DNA from: a virus
IMG/VR virus record: IMGVR_UViG_3300037193_001436
Location: 1-64,000 of that record
Reading direction: 5' to 3' (one strand)
DNA: 64,000 nucleotides
Shown: piece by piece, positions 10,093 to 19,144 of the stretch
How the letters are laid out: the number at the start of each line of letters is the position of its first letter
Numbering within the stretch: position 1 is the first letter of the stretch
Notes under the pieces: model-generated
Seen by the model: only the letters and a program-made list of their open reading frames with translations
What the model was told of the DNA's origin: nothing
The model's database searches: none
Made by a program: the position numbers and the translations under genes

Positions 10093-10319
10093 CAGATCCA
10101 CGTCTCCACGATCGCCGGGTCGTCGTTCTCGGCCCTGTGGATACACGTGTCGGCCTGCGCCGGTACCGCGTCGCGAGCGTCTGCGAGCGACTTCAATCCC
10201 TGGGCCAGCACCGGCCCCTTGTCGACCCGGCCTGGGCCGATCACCCACTCTCGGACGGCGTACCCGGGTTGGAGGTCGGTCGCGCCGGAGTAGATCGTGT
10301 ACTGCTTCGTATCCGCCAT
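10092..10319 (-). CDS. Hypothetical protein
   Basis: TAGGGT -10-like hexamer just upstream of ATG; ends 'DDPAIVETWI'. Confidence 0.65.
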   Translation of the reverse strand: MADTKQYTIYSGATDLQPGYAVREWVIGPGRVDKGPVLAQGLKSLADARDAVPAQADTCIHRAENDDPAIVETWI

Positions 10320-10682
10320 GCGCGGCACCCTAGCGGATTCGTCGGCTATGCTGCGCCAGGTTGTGTTGATTTGGTTGGGCGACCACATCGAGGGTCCGGC
10401 TTTGGCGAGCCGGGCCCTCACCAATTTCCGGCCGACCCTTAACTGCCGGGCCCGATCTCTGCCTCTTATAGGTATGAGCACCTCACAGCCCACGCCAGAA
10501 GAAGAGACCGGGCCCGAGACATGGGTCCCCGAAGCCATCGCCGAGCAGGAGGAGTACATCCGCCGGATCAGCTCCTGCACCGGCGTCCTCGGCCTGCCGC
10601 ACGCCTACGAGCGGTTCGCCGCCGCGTCCGGCGTGTACTACAACGCCTGCACCCGCTGCCGGGTTACGCAGACCCGCGAAGA

Positions 10683-11216
10683 TTACGAACGCAAGTCCCG
10701 CAGGTGACTCCAGCCGGGGACGACGGCCGAGACTGAGCCCTCGTCCTCGGCGACGTTCTGGTAGTAGTAGCCGCTGCGGGCCGTGCCCCGCTTCAGGTGA
10801 CCGGCCATCCGGCCGTTGGCCGCGAAGTCCTCGTGTGGGCGGTCCGGGGTGTTGGACATCCGGCCGGTGATCTCGACCGGGAAGATCGCGGGCTTGACGT
10901 GCATCGGGACCGAGGACTTCTCCGGGTCCGGGTAGTAGTCCCCACCCTTGCCGTGGTCGACGACATGTCCTGTCGGCGAGCCGCCCAACTTCGAGAGCGT
11001 GCCATAGCCAGCCAGCAGCGTCTTGCCGTACTCCTGCGTCCCGTCCCAGTCCTTGCCGTCGGCCCGGCGGCCGATCCTGGCGTTCAAGGCCTGCCGCGCA
11101 GCCTCCCGCGTCCCGATGTGGACGCCGTGCGTTCCCGGGGTGTCGGTCGGTCCGCCATACGCAGAACCGTGCCACCACTTGAACTGATCGGTGTTGAGGT
11201 GATCGGACCCGGCCAT
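10683..11216 (-). CDS. ADP-ribosyltransferase-like protein with N-terminal LxTxQF tag
   Basis: Starts MAGSDHLNTDQF; 'WWHGS...GVHIGTREAA...YYQNVAEDEGS' resembles ART-fold H-G-[ST] proteins; leaderless (GATGAT-N6-ATG). Confidence 0.5.
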   Translation of the reverse strand: MAGSDHLNTDQFKWWHGSAYGGPTDTPGTHGVHIGTREAARQALNARIGRRADGKDWDGTQEYGKTLLAGYGTLSKLGGSPTGHVVDHGKGGDYYPDPEKSSVPMHVKPAIFPVEITGRMSNTPDRPHEDFAANGRMAGHLKRGTARSGYYYQNVAEDEGSVSAVVPGWSHLRDLRS

Positions 11217-11365
11217 AGGTCCATCATCCCTTAGGCTGCTCAGGTTTCGGCAGTTCGAGAGCGCACCCGCGCTCGTGCATGATCCCGCCGTTCTCCCGCA
11301 GGAAGGCGCACGGCGGGCACTCGCAGACCTTCTCGGCGTTGTGCTCGCAGTACGTCGAGCAGTAC

Positions 11366-11623
11366 CTAGGCATTCTGGGCCTCGGCGTACAGGCGGCCGT
11401 AAGAGGACAGGACGTAGTACCGCCGTCGCGGCTGGCCGTGCTTCTCCGGCGCGGCCCAGTCCGAGAACACGATCCCCCGGACCTCCCAGTGCGCGAGCGC
11501 CACGTAGACGTCCCCGCTCTTCAGCCCGGTCGCCTTCATCAGGTCGTAGACGTAATGCTGCTTGCCATCCGGCTCCGCCACGAGGAAGTTCAGCAGCTTC
11601 GCCTCGGCGTCATGCTTGCTCAT
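11366..11623 (-). CDS. PadR-family winged-helix regulator
   Basis: 'YVYDLMKATGLKSGDVYVALAHWEVRG...PRRRYYVLS'. Confidence 0.85.
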   Translation of the reverse strand: MSKHDAEAKLLNFLVAEPDGKQHYVYDLMKATGLKSGDVYVALAHWEVRGIVFSDWAAPEKHGQPRRRYYVLSSYGRLYAEAQNA

Positions 11624-11976
11624 GGCAACTTCACAGCCTTGGCATCGACGACCTCGTGCAGGACGTCGTAGGGGTTCAGGATCGCCGAGAGGTTCAGTTT
11701 CGCGTGCGCCAGCCCGCCGACGAAGTCGACGCCCGGCACCGTGCACTCGTAGATGTAGCCGCCGTCCGACAGCGGTACGACGCGGCGGATGCCGCGCTTG
11801 GTCAAGTGCGAGTCCGCCTCGCGGTTGAGTTCGCCGTGCCGCAATTCGAAACGCAGCGTGCACCGCCACACCGGGTACCCGCGCTCGGCCTCAGCCGCCA
11901 GGCCCTCGATCTCGGCGTCGCTCATCTCCCGGCCGGTCTTGGTCACGTACGGCTCGATGCTCTCGTCCATGCCCAC
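11620..11976 (-). CDS. Hypothetical protein
   Basis: ORF with RBS, overlaps PadR gene by 4 bp. Confidence 0.6.
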   Translation of the reverse strand: MGMDESIEPYVTKTGREMSDAEIEGLAAEAERGYPVWRCTLRFELRHGELNREADSHLTKRGIRRVVPLSDGGYIYECTVPGVDFVGGLAHAKLNLSAILNPYDVLHEVVDAKAVKLP

Positions 11977-11989
11977 AACAGCCCCTCTC

Positions 11990-12757
11990 CTAGTTCCACC
12001 GCGACGGGTCGACGATCTGGGACCTCGCCACCTTGGTCCGGAACATCTGGTGCCTCGGCGTGCCCGGCTTGGCGAAGAGCTGCACGACGACCGGCAGGCT
12101 CCCCCGCATCTTCTCCTCCATCACCTGCAGGGTCGCCATGTCCATGTGCCACCGCGCCCTCTCCAGGTCGCCGTCGACCAGATCGTAGGCCCACGCCGGG
12201 ACGATCTGATCCACCGTCATCGACGCCATGGCCGCCAGCAACCCGTCGGGCACATCGCCGCTGAACTCCATATCCTTCGAGTCCCGCGCCAACGGCGTCC
12301 AAGTCACCGTCCGGCCGTCCACCTCGTACGGGCGCACGATCGTCTGGACGTCCCCGGCCCGGTTCATGACATGCGTGATCAGCGCCTCGGAGACGGTCCC
12401 ATCGAAGCCGTGCTCCTCGACGTAGGTCTGCATCGCACCCGGCCCGTCGCCGACGGCGGCCTTCCAGAACTCGCCGGTGCGAGGGTCCTTCACGGCGTCC
12501 TCCCCCCGGCCCTGAGCCAGGTAGGTGTCGTGCGAGACCGACATGACGTCCGGGCCGAAGCCCTGCGCGGCAATGCGCGCGATCCGCAGCATGGCGTCGC
12601 GGTGCGGCGGCAGCGTGATCAGCGCCACGGGGTCGTCACCCCGGTAGCAGATGATGGTCGTCTCCAGGTCGACCCGGCCCTTGTGCTTGCGGACCATCTC
12701 CTCCTTGATCCGGCGCACCATCCGTGCGGCCTCGTCGACCGCGTCGTCGAGCTTCAA
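11990..12757 (-). CDS. Hypothetical protein
   Basis: 255-aa ORF with RBS. Confidence 0.75.
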   Translation of the reverse strand: MKLDDAVDEAARMVRRIKEEMVRKHKGRVDLETTIICYRGDDPVALITLPPHRDAMLRIARIAAQGFGPDVMSVSHDTYLAQGRGEDAVKDPRTGEFWKAAVGDGPGAMQTYVEEHGFDGTVSEALITHVMNRAGDVQTIVRPYEVDGRTVTWTPLARDSKDMEFSGDVPDGLLAAMASMTVDQIVPAWAYDLVDGDLERARWHMDMATLQVMEEKMRGSLPVVVQLFAKPGTPRHQMFRTKVARSQIVDPSRWN

Positions 12758-13099
12758 CTCCCCGCTCCCTCTCCTCGATCTAGGCCCGACAGCCTAGCGC
12801 CCGAGCCGGGAAACCGATACTCTGCGTGGCAGCCGCCGCAGTCCCTCTGAGGGCTCCGCATTTGACCCGACGCACAGCCGCGAGACTATATCGGCCACAG
12901 GCCGTGAACCTCTGGCACCGCTGGTAGGCACAACCGGAGTTAACCCCGCGACGAGGGCTCGGCGGCCCTCCGTACCCAGGACAAATGGTCCACGGCCTGC
13001 ACCACGTCCTCTACCGGCATGAGCCCGGCGGAATCGAGGGTGACCTGATCCGCAAGGTCCAGCCCGGCCGCCAGGCCGTCGGCGTAGGTCGAGCGCCGA

Positions 13100-13855
13100 G
13101 CCGTACGCCAAAAGGCGTGCAGGTCACCGTATTTCCACAGGTAGCTCAGCACGACCTCTAGCCCGACCAGGCGATCTCCTAATTCCAAACCCGATATCCC
13201 AACGCGAGTAGCACGAAGACCACGAACCAGAATTCCAAAAGGTGCACCACCGCGCCGACGAAGCACCACAGCATGACGAACCCGAGCAGCGCCAGCTCCC
13301 GTGCGACCTCCCCCAGCGCCCCCGCTGCCCCCCTCGCCCCGTCGCTCACCCGGCCCTCCTCAAGGCACTGCAGACTCGACCCAGCTCGCCTGGGTGGACA
13401 CTGTCTGTACGCGTATGCCCCCTACCCTAGCGCTGAGACCAGGCCCCCAACCCTTGCCACGGGCAACTTAAGGGTACCCCCCTCGCATATATTCATGGTT
13501 TCGATTTGGCATGAGTATGCATTTCGCTGTGCTGTCAAGGGGCACAAGCTGCCAATCGAGCGCGTCAGGTTGACATAATCGTACTTACCGGCGTTATCAC
13601 GGGCCTGTTTTGCTGCATGCATGAGTTGTTACACCTGTCAACCCCCACACGGGATGAATAACTATGTGATGCATGAATAGAGGGCACTGGCTCGGTTTGG
13701 CATTTACGAGAGCGCATTTCTGTGACCTGGTTATGGATGCATTTCTGGCTATATGCAGTTAGTAATTGCGCACGCTGGCGCATTGTTGGGCCGTGTGTGC
13801 TGCATTGTGTGCGTGTGGTGCTGCATTCTCTGGTGTCATTCATGCTCGATCACGC
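13100..13855. other. Lower-GC, apparently non-coding region
   Basis: Visibly AT-richer than flanks, no credible ORF, repeated GCATT/TGCAT. Confidence 0.55.
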
Positions 13856-14245
13856 TTACAGCGATCCCCGATTTGGGTTTCCATTTAGGTGTGCGCGCAT
13901 GGCGTTGGCCTGGGCAGGTGTGAGGGTGAGGCCGAGGTGTTCGCGCGCCCACTCCTGCAGGGTGTCTGTGTCGGCGTCGGCCGGGATGAGCAGGTGCCGC
14001 ATGCGGGGCCGGTTGTGGTGGCGCACGAACGTGCCCTGACTGGTGCTGACGACCAGGCCCTCCTCACGCAGAGCTGCGACCGCGTCCAGGGCGGTCTTGG
14101 CGCTGACGTGGTAGATGCGCGCCAGCGGGATGATGGGGGTGAGCTGTTCACCGGGCCCGGGTACGCCGGACAGGATCTGGGCGCGCAGCAGCGCGGTGAG
14201 CTGATCCCGCAGCGGGGTCGGGTCATCAGGGTCCAGTGCGGCCAT
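13856..14245 (-). CDS. GntR-family HTH regulator
   Basis: 'TPLRDQLTALLRAQILSG..PGEQL...LARIYHVSAKTALDAVAALREEGLVVSTSQGTFV'. Confidence 0.85.
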   Translation of the reverse strand: MAALDPDDPTPLRDQLTALLRAQILSGVPGPGEQLTPIIPLARIYHVSAKTALDAVAALREEGLVVSTSQGTFVRHHNRPRMRHLLIPADADTDTLQEWAREHLGLTLTPAQANAMRAHLNGNPNRGSL

Positions 14246-14882
14246 CCCCGTCACCCTCATGCCGGTAGTGCTCGTGCTCGGGGTAGTCGAAGCAGTCACA
14301 CAGGTCGGTGCTCTTGCAGTCCCGGAAGGTCTCACCCGAGTGCGGGCACAGTCCCTGGGCCTCCTGGCGCACCGCGTGACACACCCACTCGTGCTGCTGC
14401 TCGGCCAGCGGCCTGGTGCTCGTGACCCACTTCCGCACCGACTCGCCGCGATAGAACACCATCGACTCGTACAGCAGTGGTCGGCCGTCGCGGGTGTAGT
14501 GAGCTGTGTCCGTCATGAAGACCGTGGAGACCCTGTAGTCGTCCCCGATTCGGGTGTCCCCGATCCTGCGCGCCTCGTAGTCGTTGGTGAGGAGCGAGGC
14601 CTGCATCATCCCGATCGGCTTGCCGTCGAGCCCGTAGTGGAGTGCGTGCATCGGGCTGGCCTCGTTGGGATCGAGCATCCACGGTGGGAGCTTCTGCACC
14701 AGGTCGAACCACAAAGGAGCGCTGAACTGCGGCCAGCTCCTGGCCAGGCTCTTGGCACGCTCCCACTCACGACGTCGCCGGTGGTTGGACCGCTGTACGC
14801 GTGAGCCATGCTTGCCCTTGGCAACATATGGCGTGCGGTCGTAGTGGATGATCACGTTCGTCGCCTCGCAGTCAGGTACCAA
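14226..14882 (-). CDS. Hypothetical protein (start uncertain)
   Basis: ORF with 'RVSTVF...LLYESMVF' phage-like motif. Confidence 0.55.
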   Translation of the reverse strand: MVPDCEATNVIIHYDRTPYVAKGKHGSRVQRSNHRRRREWERAKSLARSWPQFSAPLWFDLVQKLPPWMLDPNEASPMHALHYGLDGKPIGMMQASLLTNDYEARRIGDTRIGDDYRVSTVFMTDTAHYTRDGRPLLYESMVFYRGESVRKWVTSTRPLAEQQHEWVCHAVRQEAQGLCPHSGETFRDCKSTDLCDCFDYPEHEHYRHEGDGDGRTGP

Positions 14883-15070
14883 ATCAAATCATCAAGTGTG
14901 TCATAGCACCCGAGCGTGTGGCTGCCGACAGCCAGGTACAGCAGGGTGGCGCGTACATGGGTGCGGATCAGCTCACGGTCCCCGGCACCGCCGTACAGGA
15001 TCGTGCTCATCGCCTCGGTGCAGGACTCGATCAGGTGTTCGATATCGGCTTCAGTGGTCATGCCCGTCAT
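14852..15070 (-). CDS. Hypothetical protein
   Basis: ATG 15070 downstream of 17-bp repeat. Confidence 0.5.
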   Translation of the reverse strand: MTGMTTEADIEHLIESCTEAMSTILYGGAGDRELIRTHVRATLLYLAVGSHTLGCYDTLDDLIWYLTARRRT

Positions 15071-15107
15071 GGTGACCCCGATTTGGGTTTCCTGGGCAGG
15101 GGCCAGT

Positions 15108-15464
15108 TCAGCCGGTGTAGCGCTCATCCCTGCGGATGCGGTAGGGCAGCGGTAGTCCGGCGGCGTGGGCAGCCATGGCCCGGTGGTGGCCGTCATGGAT
15201 CGAGTAGTAGTCATCGTGGGCGTCGACCTCGATGGGCTCCTCGATCCTCCCCGATTTGCGCACCTGCTCGGTGAAGTGGTCCAGGTACGGCAGCGGCCCG
15301 CCAGCCTCACGGTGCGACGTACGCAGCGTGTCGGCGTTGTTGTAGCGCTCGAAGCGTGAGCGTGCTGCCTGGTCGCCGATGCTGCCGGGGAAGTCACCAG
15401 CGCGCAGCAGGCCGACCTCGTCAGGGCTGAACTGCTGGGGGCTCAGGTGCTCGCTGGCTGCCAT
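15108..15464 (-). CDS. ParB/Sulfiredoxin-fold protein with N-terminal LxPxQF tag
   Basis: 'GRIEEPIEV...YSIHDGHHRAMAA'; starts MAASEHLSPQQF; leaderless (GATACT-N6-ATG). Confidence 0.8.
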   Translation of the reverse strand: MAASEHLSPQQFSPDEVGLLRAGDFPGSIGDQAARSRFERYNNADTLRTSHREAGGPLPYLDHFTEQVRKSGRIEEPIEVDAHDDYYSIHDGHHRAMAAHAAGLPLPYRIRRDERYTG

Positions 15465-15763
15465 GTCTCCAGTATCACCCCCGCTCAGCCTTCTCCCGGT
15501 CGAGGACCGAGTTCACCTTTTTGAAGGCCTCGCGGGTCTCCTCCCAGGGAGCATGCACACGGACCAGGCGGGCGAACTCATCCCAGGCCGCCAGGTACTC
15601 CTCTGAGAGCTGCGGTTCATCGTTGCTCATAGTTGTCCCTTCAGCCACACCAAGAAGAGCCCGAAAACCACACCGATGCCTATGGCAACAGCTATCCGTA
15701 CCGTCCAGTCCTCGATGGTGTCCAGCCATCCCTTGCCCGGTTTGGGTTTGTGGTGATCAGGCA

Positions 15764-16084
15764 TCAGTTGTCCGCCAAGTACCTGCGAAGCCATGCCGCC
15801 TGCCAGGGCTCGATCTGCAGCCCAAGCTCCTCCCGCACCCAGTCAATCAGCGCCTCGTTCGGGTCCAGCGGCCTGAGCTGCCACTCCATACCGAGCGCCG
15901 AGGCCATGGCGACCCAGTGCCCTACGCGGCCGTCGGTCTTGCCGTTGAGCATCTGGCTCATGTGCTTGTCAGTGACCCCGATCTTGCGAGCCAGCTCGCT
16001 CTGCTTCATCTCCTGGCGCTTCAGCTCCTCGCGGATCGCCCGGCGCTGTGGTGCCCAGGCGGTGGTGGTGTCGATCGTGGTCAT
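15764..16084 (-). CDS. XRE/Cro-like HTH protein
   Basis: 'IREELKRQEMKQSELARKIGVTDKHMSQMLNGK'; divergent from + strand cluster. Confidence 0.85.
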   Translation of the reverse strand: MTTIDTTTAWAPQRRAIREELKRQEMKQSELARKIGVTDKHMSQMLNGKTDGRVGHWVAMASALGMEWQLRPLDPNEALIDWVREELGLQIEPWQAAWLRRYLADN

Positions 16085-16250
16085 GGGGGCAGGCTAGAGC
16101 CCTCTAGTGCCCGATTTCTACAGTTGGGTCACCGGCGTGTCACAACTAGTACTCGTGGCATGATGCTGCTTCCTGGGTGCGGGCTGTGGTGTCAGGGGAG
16201 ATCCCTGGCCGCCAGTCGCCGGTCCGTAGAGAACCGTCGATGCCAAGGTC

Positions 16251-16634
16251 ATGAATCACCCGCACCCAGGGCCACAGGAGAGGAGTGGGGATGTGCGTGC
16301 AAGGGTGATCGGGGCCATGATCGGCCGGTACCGGGCGGTGATCAACGGCGGCCTGATGGTGGCTGTGGTGCTGCTGATGGCCTATATCGGAGCGCAGCTC
16401 GATGACGAGTGGTGGCGGGGTGGAGTGCTGGCGCTGCTCGTGCTGCTGTCGGCCCTGCTCGGTGCCCTGACCATGCTCGGCCTGGTCCTGGAGTTCAGGC
16501 TCAACCAGGTGCGGCGCTACCGGCTGGCCTGGCTGTCAGCCCGTCGTCGAGCGCTGTACGCCGTCAAGGCGTTCCGTGCCGAGGCGAAGGCTGTACAGCA
16601 GCTAGAGGCCAAGACTCACCAGACCCTCAACTAG
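16251..16634 (+). CDS. Membrane protein (true start probably somewhat downstream)
   Basis: Two TM segments, basic C-terminus. Confidence 0.6.
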   Translation: MNHPHPGPQERSGDVRARVIGAMIGRYRAVINGGLMVAVVLLMAYIGAQLDDEWWRGGVLALLVLLSALLGALTMLGLVLEFRLNQVRRYRLAWLSARRRALYAVKAFRAEAKAVQQLEAKTHQTLN

Positions 16635-16865
16635 TGGACACCGCAACCATGCTCAGCTCGGCCGACCGTGAGTGGCGCGAGCTGGCCACGAAGCTCCTGC
16701 GAGGCTACATCCCCCGGCACAGTACGGGCTGGGTCCTCGTCGAACTGCACCGGCTCGATCGAAAGGCCAGACGCCAGGAGGCCTACCACCGGCGCATGCT
16801 CAAGCTACAGGCCGAGGCCGCCGAGCTGATCCCAAATCGAAACGACTACCACCGCTGGAGACCTG

Positions 16866-17333
16866 GTGACCCCATCACCTGAGCGATCGCACTACATCCG
16901 CATCGAGCTACCCCATGACGCCACGCCCGAGGAGATCGGCAACCTTGAACAGGCGGTCATGGAGGTGGTGGAGAAGAAGATCGAGGAGTTCGACTACGAC
17001 ATCTTCGTAACCGGCGGTGCGTGGTATCCACCAAAGGAGGAGTCCACCGAGCCGATACCTGTTGCCTTGAGCAAGCTTCGTGCCTTGGTGTATGCCCGGC
17101 CGTTGCACGACAACCCGGTAGACGCAGCGCTACTGCGTGACCAACTGCAGCACCTGCAGGACCTCGGCATGAGCCAGACCGACCTGCAGATCCACCTGGA
17201 GTGCGAGCGCTCCATCAATGAAGTTGCCCTGCGCAACATGCAGGTAGAGGACAATCTGCTGACCGCACTCGACATGGTGATGGGCCACGTTGCGCCCCTG
17301 ATGCGCGTGAAGTTCCAGGCGGGTACGCAATGA
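16866..17333 (+). CDS. Hypothetical protein
   Basis: ORF in + strand operon. Confidence 0.65.
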   Translation: MTPSPERSHYIRIELPHDATPEEIGNLEQAVMEVVEKKIEEFDYDIFVTGGAWYPPKEESTEPIPVALSKLRALVYARPLHDNPVDAALLRDQLQHLQDLGMSQTDLQIHLECERSINEVALRNMQVEDNLLTALDMVMGHVAPLMRVKFQAGTQ

Positions 17334-17560
17334 GCGCACGAGTCATCATCGACCTGTTGCCGTCTGGTCGTACCGGCCATGTCTACATCCAGGTGTCCAG
17401 CGAGGTGACCGATGGTGGCACCCTCACACAGCCGGAGATCGAGTTCACCCTGGAGCAAGTGCTGGCTGGGCTGCGGTCAGGAGACATCAAGCTGAGAGAG
17501 CCCACGACGGTCACCCGGCAGGAGTCATCCGTCGGCAAGATGCCCAAGGCAACAGAGTGA
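17330..17560 (+). CDS. Hypothetical protein
   Basis: 4-bp overlaps. Confidence 0.6.
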   Translation: MSARVIIDLLPSGRTGHVYIQVSSEVTDGGTLTQPEIEFTLEQVLAGLRSGDIKLREPTTVTRQESSVGKMPKATE

Positions 17561-17829
17561 CTGACTGGGACGAGCTGGACGACAGCGGTATGCACGTGCA
17601 CCTTCGGATGGGGCTGACCAAGGAGGGTCACGGTCCGGCTGATCCGCCGGACCCGAACTTCGATCACTGGGGTTGCTGGTGTGCTGATCCCAGGTGCCCT
17701 GGACCACCAGATGACGCTGCCTTGAAGTACTGCGGGGATATCGCGTGCCCTGGTTCAACACGATGCACCGACCCAGATTGCCGCAGTACGCGAGAATGGC
17801 TCAGCGGCGGCGGGGCTTCAACCCCGTAA
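17557..17829 (+). CDS. Cys-rich hypothetical protein
   Basis: 4-bp overlap with upstream gene. Confidence 0.55.
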   Translation: MTDWDELDDSGMHVHLRMGLTKEGHGPADPPDPNFDHWGCWCADPRCPGPPDDAALKYCGDIACPGSTRCTDPDCRSTREWLSGGGASTP

Positions 17830-18193
17830 GGTCGACGACCTCCTGGATGCCGTGCTTGTCATGGGCGATCACGGCATCGTGGCCTGCGGCAACGATCTTG
17901 TCCGAGAGATCTCTGCCAGTAGCACCGAACCGCTTGGAGAGCTGGTGCTTCCAGTTGCTCTCCTCCTGCCAGCCACCGCCGTACTCGATGTGCAGCGGGT
18001 TCTTGAAGCTGACGTCACCGGTCTCGAACAGATCCTTGTCGTAGTTGAACCCAGGGTTCGCCTGACCGAGGTAGCGCCCGTGCGGCTCGATGTGCTGGCC
18101 GTACTGCTCACCGAAGTCGGGCGCTTTGCCCTTGCGCCGGACGTAGTGCAGATTGAACTGCTGCGGCTGAAGGTTGTCGGAGGCACCCATCAT
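17801..18193 (-). CDS. ART-PolyVal-like small protein with N-terminal LxPxQF tag
   Basis: Starts MMGASDNLQPQQF; 'VSFKNPL...IVAAGHDAVI...EVV' resembles polyvalent-protein ART-like domain. Confidence 0.55.
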   Translation of the reverse strand: MMGASDNLQPQQFNLHYVRRKGKAPDFGEQYGQHIEPHGRYLGQANPGFNYDKDLFETGDVSFKNPLHIEYGGGWQEESNWKHQLSKRFGATGRDLSDKIVAAGHDAVIAHDKHGIQEVVDLTGLKPRRR

Positions 18194-18675
18194 TCCCACA
18201 CCTTCTGTGTGTCACCGCGACGAAGCCGTGCGGTTTTCATTGCAGCGGTGTTGTCCCTGACGATCGCGTCCATCGCACTCTGGTGATCGAAGTAGTGCTC
18301 GACCGGTACCAAACGACTGCCATGTTCCAGCGCTGTCACCGAGCGATGGTGTCCGTCGTAGAGAGACGCCACACCGCTCGGTAGGTGTGTCACCTTCACC
18401 GGCGTATGGATGCCACCTTCAGCTTCGACCTGCTCAGACACACGATCCAGCTTGCTCGGGCCTGGCGTGTGGCCGTGCAATGCGACCTTCTCCGCCTGGT
18501 GTGCGTACGCATTGCGCATCTGCTTGGGGACGTCACGCATGTGGCCGTCGAAGTCGGCCGCCATCATGCCCCCGATCTCGTGCGGGGTCATGAACATGGG
18601 GAGCTGCTGACCAGGCTCGATGGCAGGCTGGTACTTCGGGAACTGACGCGGGCTCAGGTGCTCGGCTGCGGTCAT
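18190..18675 (-). CDS. ParB/Sulfiredoxin-fold protein with N-terminal LxPxQF tag
   Basis: 'GGIHTPVKV...LYDGHHRSVTA...VPV'; starts MTAAEHLSPRQF; ATGA overlaps. Confidence 0.8.
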   Translation of the reverse strand: MTAAEHLSPRQFPKYQPAIEPGQQLPMFMTPHEIGGMMAADFDGHMRDVPKQMRNAYAHQAEKVALHGHTPGPSKLDRVSEQVEAEGGIHTPVKVTHLPSGVASLYDGHHRSVTALEHGSRLVPVEHYFDHQSAMDAIVRDNTAAMKTARLRRGDTQKVWE

Positions 18676-19139
18676 CGTCGGCCCTTCCACACGTGCTCTT
18701 CGGGGAAGACGTGTGACGGGTGCATGTTGGCGGGGTAGTGCTCTGCCGTGGCGGGAGGTAGATGTCCCATCTGGCCGCCCAGCCTGGCCCGGACGCCTGG
18801 CTCTATCTGGTCGAACGTCGTACGCCATACCCGGACAGGTGTGTACTCGTGTCCTTCGAGGTGTGCTGCCGTGACCCGGTGGTTGCCGTCGTCAACGACA
18901 GCCCAACTGCGCTTGGGGTCGTAGTCGACGATCGCGGGCTCGGTGTAGCCCTGGCCGGAGCGGAGCAGTTGCCGGTAGTGCTCGACGCGCTCCGGGATGG
19001 TGTCATTGCCGTGCATCGTGCGCAGAAGGCTGGTGCGTACGTAGCCGACCACCGAGTGCTCCGGCGGTACACCAGGCTGACCCCGGTCACCGTACTGGAT
19101 GATGTTGGGGTGGAACTGTGCCGGGTTGAGGTTGCTCAT
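18672..19139 (-). CDS. ParB/Sulfiredoxin-fold protein with N-terminal LxPxQF tag
   Basis: 'EPAIV...VVDDGNHRVTAAHLEG...PVRV'; starts MSNLNPAQF. Confidence 0.8.
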   Translation of the reverse strand: MSNLNPAQFHPNIIQYGDRGQPGVPPEHSVVGYVRTSLLRTMHGNDTIPERVEHYRQLLRSGQGYTEPAIVDYDPKRSWAVVDDGNHRVTAAHLEGHEYTPVRVWRTTFDQIEPGVRARLGGQMGHLPPATAEHYPANMHPSHVFPEEHVWKGRR

Positions 19140-19144
19140 GGCAA

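Noticed and set aside
12794-13843. ORFs listed in the low-GC region
   Set aside because: Atypical composition, no convincing RBS or motifs; 12940-13269 might be real but cannot be supported.
15108-19139. ParB genes as a plasmid partition system
   Set aside because: Catalytic domain only, no HTH, no parA or parS seen in the window.
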